The notes under the pieces were generated by a model that saw only the letters and a program-made list of their open reading frames with translations, was not told where the DNA came from and did not search any database. The position numbers and the translations under genes were made by a program. Source: Thermoplasmata archaeon (GTDB lineage: Archaea; Thermoplasmatota; Thermoplasmata; Lutacidiplasmatales; UBA184). From it: a stretch of DNA of 64,000 nucleotides. The stretch is taken from positions 27,274 to 91,273 of the forward strand of contig DAHVCH010000008.1 in NCBI GenBank assembly GCA_027314165.1, given 5' to 3'. Below, in pieces: positions 37,280-45,596 of this stretch (position 1 is its first letter; every line of letters begins with the position of its first letter).

Positions 37280-39109
37280 ATGAAGGTACGTTACGTCGTG
37301 AGCGCGGAGGATGTCTCGTCGCATTACGTCCACGTCGCGATCGAGGTGTCCGGCGCTCCCGCCGGCGAGGGCGAGGTCGAGCTGGTCATGCCCGTGTGGA
37401 CCCCGGGCTCCTATCTGGTGCGCGAGTTCGCGCGGCTCGTCCGACGGGTCCAGGCCACCGGAGAGGATGGGCGGGCCCTCGCCGTCACCAAGGTCCGAAA
37501 GAACCGGTGGAGGGTCCAGAAGGGGAAGGAGACCGCCTTCACCTTCTCCTACAGCGTCTACGCCCACGACATCTCGGTGGAGGGCGTCGACCTCACCGAG
37601 GACCATCTCTACTTCAACGGCGCCCCGCTCTTCTGTTACGTCGACGGGACCAAGGAGGACCCCGTGGAGCTGGTCGTCCACGTCCCCTCGGGCTGGAAGG
37701 TCTACAGCGAGCTCCAGGAGTTGGGACGGAACCCGCCACGTTTCCGCGCCTCGAACTTCGACGAGCTCGTCGACTATCCCTTCGACTCGGGAAATCCCAC
37801 GGAGCTCTCCGTCCGCGCCGCCGGGGTGCCCCATCGCATCGTCCTCTGCGGCCGGGCCAACTTCTCCCCCCACAAGGTGGAGGAGGACGTCCGAAAGGTG
37901 GTGGAGGCGACCTACCGGCTCTTCGGCGATCTTCCGATGCCCCGCTACACGTTCTTCTACCACGCGAACGAGCGATGGGACGGCGGGCTCGAACATCTTG
38001 CGGGGACGGCCATCACGATGCCCGCCACGGTCTTCGCCCCGAAGAAGGACTACGAGAGCTTCCTCGAGGTGACCTGCCACGAGTACTTCCACCTGTTCAA
38101 CGTCAAGCGGATCCGGTCGAAGGTCCTCGGTCCCTTCGACTACGAGAACGAGAACTACACCCGGATGCTCTGGGCGATGGAGGGGACGACCGACTACTAC
38201 GCCCACCTGCTTCTGCGCCGGGCGGGCCTCGTCACCCCGAAGAAGTACCTCGAGAAGGTGGGGGAGCGGATCAAGAAGTTCCGGGAGATCCCCGGCCGGA
38301 ACCTCCAGAGCCTGGAGGAGGCGAGCTTCGACTCGTGGATCGACCTCTACCGTCCTGGGGAGGAGAGCCGGAACATCTCGATCTCCTACTACCTCAAGGG
38401 CGACCTGGTCTCCCTCTGCATGGACCTCGAGATCCGGGGCCGGACGGAGAACGCCCGTTCCCTGGACGACGTGATGCGGCACCTTTGGAAGGAGTTCGGC
38501 AAGAAGGGCGTCGGCATACCGGAGGGGGACTGGGGGAAGGAGGCGGAGAAGGCGACCGGGGTCGACCTCGGGAGCTTCTTCGACCGCTACGTCCGGGGAC
38601 GCGACGACGTAGACTTTGCCACCTTCCTGCGGCACGCCGGCCTCCTGCTCGAACCGAAGGACGACGAGTCGACGGACGGCGACGAGCCCGCGGAGCTCCC
38701 GGGATTCCTGGGGGTCGAGTTCAAACGGGAGGGGGACCGCCCGCGCATCACGGTCGCACTGGACGGAGGACCGGGGCGCCGAGCCGGGCTCACGCCGGGT
38801 GACGAGCTCCTCGCCTTCGACGGGTACCGGGTCACCTTCGATTCCGTCGGCGAGATGCTGAAGAAGTTCTCCCCGGGCGACAAGGTGTCGATCACGCTCT
38901 TCCGGCGCGGCCTCTTGCGGACCGTCGAGGCCACGCTCGGGAAGGCCCCGCCCTCGAAGTGGACCCTGAAAGCGGACCCCTCGGCGTCGGAGTCCGCGCG
39001 GAAGATCGCCCAGGGCTGGCTCGAGTCACCCTGGGAGGCGATCGCCGGCCGAGGCGACGCAGACTCCGAGAAATCGAAGGAGAAGGCGAAGGAGCGCCCG
39101 AAGACCTAG
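37280..39109 (+). CDS. M61 family glycyl aminopeptidase with C-terminal PDZ domain
   Basis: MPVWTPGSYLVREF, GGLEH, HEYFH (HExxH), WAMEGTTDYY, SYYLKG; PDZ segment GPGRRAGLTPGDELLAFDG. Confidence 0.95.
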   Translation: MKVRYVVSAEDVSSHYVHVAIEVSGAPAGEGEVELVMPVWTPGSYLVREFARLVRRVQATGEDGRALAVTKVRKNRWRVQKGKETAFTFSYSVYAHDISVEGVDLTEDHLYFNGAPLFCYVDGTKEDPVELVVHVPSGWKVYSELQELGRNPPRFRASNFDELVDYPFDSGNPTELSVRAAGVPHRIVLCGRANFSPHKVEEDVRKVVEATYRLFGDLPMPRYTFFYHANERWDGGLEHLAGTAITMPATVFAPKKDYESFLEVTCHEYFHLFNVKRIRSKVLGPFDYENENYTRMLWAMEGTTDYYAHLLLRRAGLVTPKKYLEKVGERIKKFREIPGRNLQSLEEASFDSWIDLYRPGEESRNISISYYLKGDLVSLCMDLEIRGRTENARSLDDVMRHLWKEFGKKGVGIPEGDWGKEAEKATGVDLGSFFDRYVRGRDDVDFATFLRHAGLLLEPKDDESTDGDEPAELPGFLGVEFKREGDRPRITVALDGGPGRRAGLTPGDELLAFDGYRVTFDSVGEMLKKFSPGDKVSITLFRRGLLRTVEATLGKAPPSKWTLKADPSASESARKIAQGWLESPWEAIAGRGDADSEKSKEKAKERPKT

Positions 39110-39156
39110 GCTCCCTTCCGGGGGGCTTGGAGCTCGGTGGCGCCCGGAGGTGGAAC

Positions 39157-39624
39157 GTGGTCGAGGTCGTGCTGGTCCCGATGACCCCGGAGGCCTACGT
39201 GGAGTTCCGACGCGAGGTCATCCGCGGCTACGCCGCCTCGAACGTCCAGGCGCGCCGTTGGACGGCGGAGGAAGCGCCGGCCGCGTCCGAGAGGGAGATC
39301 GACGCGCTCCTCCCGAAGGGCGTGGCGACCCCCGACCACTTCCTCTTCACGGTGCACGAGACCGAGGGGGGTCCGAAGGTCGGCGCCCTCTGGGTGACGA
39401 AGCGGAAGAACGAGGCTTTCGTCTACGAGCTCGAGATCGCCGAGGCGCACCGCGGCCGGGGGTTGGGGCGCGCGACGATGCTTGAGGCGGAGAAGGTCGC
39501 CCGCGGGTTCGGGGCCCCTCGGATCGGGCTGCACGTCTTCGGAGCGAACGCGACCGCCCGGGCGCTCTACAAGAGCCTGGGCTACGCCGAGACGAGCTTG
39601 ATCATGGCGAAGGACCTACCCTGA
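39157..39624 (+). CDS. GNAT family N-acetyltransferase
   Basis: FVYELEIAEAHRGRGLGRATM (acetyl-CoA motif A), LHVFGANATARALYKSLGY. GTG 39157 after GGAGGTG. Confidence 0.9.
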   Translation: MVEVVLVPMTPEAYVEFRREVIRGYAASNVQARRWTAEEAPAASEREIDALLPKGVATPDHFLFTVHETEGGPKVGALWVTKRKNEAFVYELEIAEAHRGRGLGRATMLEAEKVARGFGAPRIGLHVFGANATARALYKSLGYAETSLIMAKDLP

Positions 39625-40893
39625 GGTCCGCGGGCCTTTACCTCGAGATGGGCCGTTGGCCGACGGAACGTCCGCGTTGCCGGGGGCCACAAGGACGGCC
39701 TTCAGTCCGTACCGCCAGGCCCCCTCTTGCGGATAGAGGCGGCGGAGGACGAGCTCCACCTCGCCGCCGCTCGGCGCGCCGGAAGGCTGCTGGTCGGTGA
39801 ACTGGAACGTCAGGGTCGGGCCCTCCTCCGGCCATCGGACGAGCCCGACGGCGTAGCTGCCATAGACCTCCTGGTGCCAGTCGAACTCCGTGGGCTGGGC
39901 CCCCTTGTGGATCAACGTCGCGCTCTCGACCTTCGCCCCGATCCGGGGCAGCCGGCTCCGGCGCAGCCCGTCGCGCGCCCCGCACAGGTGGCATCGTCCC
40001 ACGGGTGGAAGCGAGAAGCCGTGGCACGAGGCGCAACGCTCCCCCTCCAGACGCCACCGGGCGGGGATCGAAGCGAGGTAGCTTTCCCGCGAGAGGTACG
40101 CCCCCTGGCTCACCGAGGCCATGGGGGCGCCCGCTCGGGCCCTCCATGCGTCGTCCGGGACCTGGAAGAAGGTGCGGTCCTCGGGGACGGGATACCCGGC
40201 GATGGGGACCCCCCGGCCCTCGAGGAACGTCCGCAACGCCGTCCGCTCGGCGGTGGCGTGGACCCAGGTGGCGGAAGCCCCTTCGGGCGTGCGCGTGGCG
40301 GCCTCCGTGAGCGTCAGCAGGACCGCGGTCCCGGAACCGGGCGTGGCTCGGAAGCCCATCAGCGACGGGGTGTTCGGCGATCCGGAGGGGGAAGCCCCGT
40401 CGCCCGTGACCCACGTGCGCTCCCGTGGTGTTCCCTCCGCCGCTCCCGGGGGCGGATGCGCGCGGGCCGCGCCGAAGGCGAGGGCCACCGCGATCGCGCT
40501 CCTCCGGGGAGGGTCCTCGACCCCAGCCCCTAGAGGGGAGGCGAGCTGGACCCCGAGCACCCACGTGGCGCCCCCGGTGGCATCTCCCGGATCGTCCAGC
40601 GCGTCGGAGAGCGCTTTCACGGCGCCTTCCGCGTTCTCGGGGTAGGAGAGGAGGTCCACCGGTGGAAGACCCCACGCCTCGAAGAGCGCCGCCCGCTCCT
40701 CGCCGCTGAGCGAGGAGACGATCCGGATGGTCCGAACCTCCGCCCTGGCGCCGGGCTCCAGTCTCTGCACGCGGCGGAGGAGATCTCCCACGCGGACGAG
40801 CAGGGTGAACGCGTCCTCGTCGGGGCCTTCCACGATGACGTTGCCCCGCGCCCAGGCCGGGACGGCGACAGCAGCCGCGACTACGACCGACAT
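39616..40893 (-). CDS. Degenerate HMG-CoA-synthase-like N-terminal domain fused to DUF35 zinc ribbon/OB-fold
   Basis: N-terminal VPAW...PDEDAFTL (cf. HMGCS DED-x2-T); C-terminal RWRLEGERCASC...PPVGRCHLC and OB-fold ending LVLRRLY...WRYGLKA. Directly downstream of a thiolase. Confidence 0.75.
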   Translation of the reverse strand: MSVVVAAAVAVPAWARGNVIVEGPDEDAFTLLVRVGDLLRRVQRLEPGARAEVRTIRIVSSLSGEERAALFEAWGLPPVDLLSYPENAEGAVKALSDALDDPGDATGGATWVLGVQLASPLGAGVEDPPRRSAIAVALAFGAARAHPPPGAAEGTPRERTWVTGDGASPSGSPNTPSLMGFRATPGSGTAVLLTLTEAATRTPEGASATWVHATAERTALRTFLEGRGVPIAGYPVPEDRTFFQVPDDAWRARAGAPMASVSQGAYLSRESYLASIPARWRLEGERCASCHGFSLPPVGRCHLCGARDGLRRSRLPRIGAKVESATLIHKGAQPTEFDWHQEVYGSYAVGLVRWPEEGPTLTFQFTDQQPSGAPSGGEVELVLRRLYPQEGAWRYGLKAVLVAPGNADVPSANGPSRGKGPRTSG

Positions 40894-40944
40894 GCGACCC
40901 TACCTCCGAACTCCTGCCGAACCCGCACCTCGCTCCGCTCCGGT

Positions 40945-42114
40945 CTACGTCGAGAAGAGGTGGACCATGGCGGTGGCCCCGCTCCCTCCCACGTTGTGCG
41001 TGAGCGCCCGCTCCGCCCCCTTCACCTGACGCTCCCCCGCCTCACCGCGGAGCTGGTGGAACACCTCGCAGACCTGGCCCACCCCGGTCGCCCCCAGCGG
41101 GTGCCCCTTGGACTTGAGCCCGCCCGAGACGTTGACCGGAAGGGCGCCGCCGAGCCGGGTCCTTCCCTCGGTGGTCGCTCGAGGTCCCTCTCCCTCCGGG
41201 AAAAGGCCTGTGTCCTCGAGCGCAAGGAGCTCGGCGATGGTGAAGCAATCGTGGAGCTCCGCGAGCTGGACCTTGTCCCGGCCGAACGGCGCGTGGCGGA
41301 ACGCCTCGTCGGAGGCTCGACGCGTCGCGGGGAGCGTGGTCAGGCTCTCGCGGTCCTGCAAGGCGAGGAAATCGCTCCCTCCTCCGCTGCCTACCACCCA
41401 GACTGGAGTGTCCGTGAAACGCCGGGCGACCTCCTCACGGGCCAGGACCACCGCCGCCGCCCCGTCCGAAACGGGGCAGCAGTCGTAGAGGCGAAGAGGA
41501 TCGGCGACCGCCGCGGCGGCATGGTGTTGCTCCAACGTGACCGGCTTGCGGAGGTGCGCGTGAGGGTTGAGGGCGCCGTGCGCGTGGTTCTTCACCGCAA
41601 CGGCCCCCAGGACGTCGGTGGTGAGCTTCCGCTCGGCGAGGTAGCGCTCGGCCAGGAGGGCGTAGACCCCGGCGAAGGTGAGACCGGCGAGCCGCTCCCA
41701 CTCGGTCTCCCCGCTCACGCCGAGCCAGTACCTTCGGCGGGCGGACGGGGTGTCGCTCATCTTCTCGACCCCCGCGACCAGGGCCACGTCGGCCGCACCG
41801 GCGAGCAGCGTGTGGTAGGCCTGCCGAAGTCCCGTGGAGCCGCTGGCGCAGGCGTTCTCCACATGGCTCACGGGCAGACCCGGAAGTCCCAGCTCCTCCC
41901 CCAGGAGGCTCGCGGGGTTGCCGATCTGCCAGCCCCCGAACCCGAGAGTGGCCAGGTAGCCCTCCCCGATGTCCTGGGGCGAGATCCCCTTGTCCACGGA
42001 GGCGAGCGCTTCGTAGATCGACTGACGGAGGAGTGCGCGGGGGGGGTGGGGCAAGGCCCCGAACGCCGTCTGGCCAGCGCCCACGATGGCCACCCGGTGC
42101 GTCCCGCTGGGCAC
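40945..42114 (-). CDS. Acetyl-CoA acetyltransferase (archaeal, SCP2-type thiolase)
   Basis: ENACASG, HDCF, KGHPLGATG and C-terminal HNVGG: SCP2/archaeal thiolase fingerprint. GTG start. Confidence 0.92.
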   Translation of the reverse strand: MPSGTHRVAIVGAGQTAFGALPHPPRALLRQSIYEALASVDKGISPQDIGEGYLATLGFGGWQIGNPASLLGEELGLPGLPVSHVENACASGSTGLRQAYHTLLAGAADVALVAGVEKMSDTPSARRRYWLGVSGETEWERLAGLTFAGVYALLAERYLAERKLTTDVLGAVAVKNHAHGALNPHAHLRKPVTLEQHHAAAAVADPLRLYDCCPVSDGAAAVVLAREEVARRFTDTPVWVVGSGGGSDFLALQDRESLTTLPATRRASDEAFRHAPFGRDKVQLAELHDCFTIAELLALEDTGLFPEGEGPRATTEGRTRLGGALPVNVSGGLKSKGHPLGATGVGQVCEVFHQLRGEAGERQVKGAERALTHNVGGSGATAMVHLFST

Positions 42115-42214
42115 GTTGCGCCTTCCTGCCCAGGGGTGCGCCCCGAGGCATCCTTAATGCGGCGAACCCTCTCTGGAGATGAAATCTCCCCCTGTGGGGA
42201 GCGGAGCGATCCTC

Positions 42215-42805
42215 ATGTCCACTCCCTCACCCGACCGACCCGTCCTCGTCGGCGTCACCGGCGGTAGCGGCGGTCCGATCGCGGTCAAGCTTCTGAAGAC
42301 CCTCGCGGAGACCGACATCCCGGTCGCCCTCGTCGTCTCCGATGGGGGAGCGGCCGTGCTGCGGGAGGAGTGCGGGCTCTACCCCAAGGACCTCGAGCAG
42401 TACGCCGACGTCACCTACGACGACGGGGACTCGGCGGCCAAGGTGGCCAGCGGCTCGTCCTCGACCCGGGGGATGGTCATCGTCCCCTGCTCGGGGAACA
42501 CGCTCGCGAAGATCGCCCACGGGTTCGCGGACACCCTCATCACCCGCTCGGCCCAGGTGCATCTGAAGGAGCGCCGGCCGCTCATCCTCGTCCCCCGGGA
42601 GACCCCGCTCTCCACGATCATGATCCGGAACATGTCCTCGGTCGCGGAGGCCGGAGCGCTCGTCATGATGGCCGCCCCACCCTACTACCTGAAGGTGCAG
42701 AGCGTCGACGGGCTCGTCGCCTACCTCGCGGGCAAGGTCCTCGACCATCTCGGGGTCCCTCACAATCTCTATCGGGGATGGAAGTCGGACGAGGCCGTGG
42801 CCTGA
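42215..42805 (+). CDS. ubiX: Flavin prenyltransferase UbiX
   Basis: VGVTGGSG, ASGS, PCSGNTLAKIAHGFADTLITR, LKERRPLILVPRETP. Confidence 0.92.
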   Translation: MSTPSPDRPVLVGVTGGSGGPIAVKLLKTLAETDIPVALVVSDGGAAVLREECGLYPKDLEQYADVTYDDGDSAAKVASGSSSTRGMVIVPCSGNTLAKIAHGFADTLITRSAQVHLKERRPLILVPRETPLSTIMIRNMSSVAEAGALVMMAAPPYYLKVQSVDGLVAYLAGKVLDHLGVPHNLYRGWKSDEAVA

Positions 42806-42823
42806 GGTGGCTGAACGGGACCG

Positions 42824-43492
42824 ATGGTGACGCGTCAACGTCGCTGGCTGGGATCGGAGGCCAACGTCCATTTCGCCTTCGCCGCGGTCGCGCTCCTGCT
42901 CCTCCTGGTGAACCTGCTCACCCCGGCCCTTCTCAACGGGGGATTCTCCCCGAACGGGACGTTCCTCAGCCAGGGAGGGCTGTACGTCGGGCTCTCCGGG
43001 AACGACAACCTCACCTTCGCGCTGGAGAGCGCGGGCCACGTCCAGTACGCGTTCATCGGCATCGGTCTCAACCTGAGCGCATCGGTGGCGGGGGTCCCCT
43101 TTCCCGGGAACGCCACCACCCCCAGGAGCTGGGACCGGTGGATCAATTCCACCAATGCGCTGGCCTCGGTCTTCATGGTCGGGAACTTGAGCCAGCCGGG
43201 TCGCTCCGAGTTCCTGGTCAACGTGACCGCTTCGTCCTCCTCCGTCCTTGACGTGGGGACCTTCGCCTTCCTCTTCCAGGGGTCCGGGAGCACCGCCCGC
43301 ATCACCGTCTACCCGATCTGGCCTCTGCACGGTCCGACCACGATCCCCGGCGGGCCCCAGCCCGTGTCGTGGGGCCCGCAGGACCTCCCCCAGGCCCTTC
43401 TCCTCGCCCAAGGGCCGGCTCCCGCGACGGGGAGCGCTCTTGCAGTCCCTTTGATGAGCCCCTTCCTTCTGGAGGGCAGGAGGGCCGGATGA
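42824..43492 (+). CDS. Hypothetical membrane-anchored extracellular protein
   Basis: N-terminal TM and several N-x-S/T sequons; its stop overlaps the next start (ATGA). Confidence 0.65.
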   Translation: MVTRQRRWLGSEANVHFAFAAVALLLLLVNLLTPALLNGGFSPNGTFLSQGGLYVGLSGNDNLTFALESAGHVQYAFIGIGLNLSASVAGVPFPGNATTPRSWDRWINSTNALASVFMVGNLSQPGRSEFLVNVTASSSSVLDVGTFAFLFQGSGSTARITVYPIWPLHGPTTIPGGPQPVSWGPQDLPQALLLAQGPAPATGSALAVPLMSPFLLEGRRAG

Positions 43493-43908
43493 GGATCTCG
43501 CGCACCATCCTGCTCTGGCTCGTCATCATCGTCGCCCTCCTCCTGCTGGAGGTCGCCCAGGTCACGCGGCTGTTCACGCTCGGGTTCGCCTCGATCCTGG
43601 GGAACGTCGTCTCCTTCGTGTTCGCCCTCCTGCTGGTCACGATCCTCGCGCTCGTCGGGGCCATCTTCGTGGGCATCTTCATCGCCCACCGCATCCTCGC
43701 CCCGCAAGGGTTCAGCCCCTTCGAAGAGGAGATGCTGAAGATGCGGCAGGAGGTCCAGGACCTCCACCGGAAGCTCGACCGCCTCTCCGCCCCTGACGGA
43801 GCCCCCTCGCCGCTGACGGGGGAAGCGGCGGAGGCTCCCGCGCACGCCCGCCCCCAGACCCCCTCGTCGGCATCGACCTCGGGCCCCCCGGTCCAGGAGC
43901 GCCCGTGA
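43489..43908 (+). CDS. Hypothetical membrane protein (2-3 TM plus coiled coil)
   Basis: ATG 43489; hydrophobic helices then FEEEMLKMRQEVQDLHRKLDRL; GTGA overlap with guaAA. Confidence 0.7.
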   Translation: MRISRTILLWLVIIVALLLLEVAQVTRLFTLGFASILGNVVSFVFALLLVTILALVGAIFVGIFIAHRILAPQGFSPFEEEMLKMRQEVQDLHRKLDRLSAPDGAPSPLTGEAAEAPAHARPQTPSSASTSGPPVQERP

Positions 43909-44471
43909 GGGTCCCTGTCGTGGACAACGGCGGGCAATGGACGCACCGGGAATGGCGTGTGCTGCGCGACCTCGGAGCCGAGACGCGGATCGTACCCAAC
44001 ACCACTCCCTTCGAGGAGCTCGAAGCGGACGGCATCGTCCTTTCCGGCGGGGCCCTGAGCCTCGAGGGGACCGACGCCCCGTTGGGGGCGGTCGGGAGCT
44101 ACCTGGACCGCGGCGAGGTCCCGGTGCTCGCGATCTGCGTCGGCCACCAGTTCCTCGCTCGCCATTTCGGTGGGAAGGTCGCCCGGGCCCCGTCCCCCGA
44201 GTTCGGACGTGTCCAGCTCACCGTCGACCGACCGGGCTCTCCCCTCTTCCGGGACATCCCGCCGTCGCTCCAGGTGTGGGCCTCCCACAGCGATGAGGTG
44301 AGCGTTCTCCCCCCGAACTTCGAGGTCCTGGCCCACTCCCCCTCGTGCCACGTCGAAGCGATGGCCCACCTCTCGCGGCCGATCTACGGTCTGCAGTTCC
44401 ACCCCGAGGTGGAGCACACGGAGCGTGGGGTGGCCTTCTTCGAGAACTTCCTCTCCCTCTGCCACCGGTGA
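43905..44471 (+). CDS. guaAA: GMP synthase glutamine amidotransferase subunit A
   Basis: VDNGGQWTHREWRVLR (archaeal GuaAA signature); class I GATase triad AICVGHQ and QFHPE. Confidence 0.93.
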   Translation: MRVPVVDNGGQWTHREWRVLRDLGAETRIVPNTTPFEELEADGIVLSGGALSLEGTDAPLGAVGSYLDRGEVPVLAICVGHQFLARHFGGKVARAPSPEFGRVQLTVDRPGSPLFRDIPPSLQVWASHSDEVSVLPPNFEVLAHSPSCHVEAMAHLSRPIYGLQFHPEVEHTERGVAFFENFLSLCHR

Positions 44472-44555
44472 TGGACCCTGGATGAACGAGGGGACGGTTC
44501 CGGTCGGCGGCTCAGGATCGACTGCGCTCCCGGGGGAACCCTGGGGGACCCTCCC

Positions 44556-45203
44556 GTGAACTCCTCAGTCTCGGCCGCCCCGGAACGTCCGACCCCGCGC
44601 GCCTCATCGGCCGACAGGTCCCATCGCGCGTCCTCTTCCGGTCGTCCCGACCTCGCGCGGGCGCGTCGCCGCTCGTGGTGGCTGGTCTACTTCATGCTCG
44701 TCTACGGCGTCCTTCTCATCGTCCTCACTCTAACGCTCTGGTACCTTTTCGTCGCGCCGGGGGGCACGGCCCCCGCCCCGACCCCCGTCAACTGCGCGAT
44801 CGGCACCCTGCCGGTCTCGACCACGAGCACCCAGGCGACCCTCGCGGCGAGACCCACGGCGTTCCCTCCTCCCTCCAACGGCTCCGGGACGCTGGAGAGC
44901 TTCGAGCTATGGGTGAACACGAGCCGTTCCCTGCTGCCGGGGACCAACGTCTCCTTCCAGGTCCGATCCATGCCCGGGCTCACGGGCGGCGCCTCCTGCA
45001 CGCTTCCGATCCCGACCGCCGGCTGGCAGGCCAACACGAGCTCGGTCACGTTGTACCCGGGTCAGGCCTACCTGGTCTCTTTCACAGGGGCTCCCCAGGT
45101 CCCCTACCCCCGGGCGGGCGGCTTCGCCGCGGAGACCTGGGTGAACGCGACGAACGCGGCGCTGAGGCTGGGCAGCACCCCGGTATACCTCAACGTGGTC
45201 TGA
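44556..45203 (+). CDS. Single-TM extracellular protein, pilin-like fold candidate
   Basis: Basic leader RARRRS, TM helix, then a Thr/Ser/Pro-rich domain with a Cys pair; SCTLPIPTAGW...VTLYPGQ resembles the 32037-32598 pseudogene. Confidence 0.6.
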   Translation: MNSSVSAAPERPTPRASSADRSHRASSSGRPDLARARRRSWWLVYFMLVYGVLLIVLTLTLWYLFVAPGGTAPAPTPVNCAIGTLPVSTTSTQATLAARPTAFPPPSNGSGTLESFELWVNTSRSLLPGTNVSFQVRSMPGLTGGASCTLPIPTAGWQANTSSVTLYPGQAYLVSFTGAPQVPYPRAGGFAAETWVNATNAALRLGSTPVYLNVV

Positions 45204-45243
45204 ACTCCCTCCCCGGGGAGGCCCCCCAGGGGTCGGAACGCGC

Positions 45244-45480
45244 TCAGTGGGCCGCGCCGGACGTGGTGGGGGTCGCCGCGCCGTGCTCGACGGGCGGCAG
45301 AGGCCGGGTGTCCGGTGGGGAACCGTAGTTGAGCGAGATCGCGAACAGGATGACCCCTCCCATCACGATGAAGAGGCCGATGATGAACCCGAACTGGCCC
45401 GGGGCGATGAACGCCTCCATCAGAAGACCCCCGACCACGATGAGCAGCATCGACGCGAGGAACATCCCGAGGCTAGCCAC
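45244..45480 (-). CDS. Small two-TM membrane protein
   Basis: 78 aa with two hydrophobic helices; plausible TATA-like TTTAAC upstream on the minus strand. Confidence 0.65.
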   Translation of the reverse strand: MASLGMFLASMLLIVVGGLLMEAFIAPGQFGFIIGLFIVMGGVILFAISLNYGSPPDTRPLPPVEHGAATPTTSGAAH

Positions 45481-45596
45481 GAGGGCCGGGGAACGCCAGG
45501 GACGTTAAACCTTACCTTCGGGTCGAGCGACGCGGCGGCGCAGGCGGGGTTCGCCTCACCCTTTTTCTGGGTAGGGCCGTCCCCAGGGCGGTCGCC

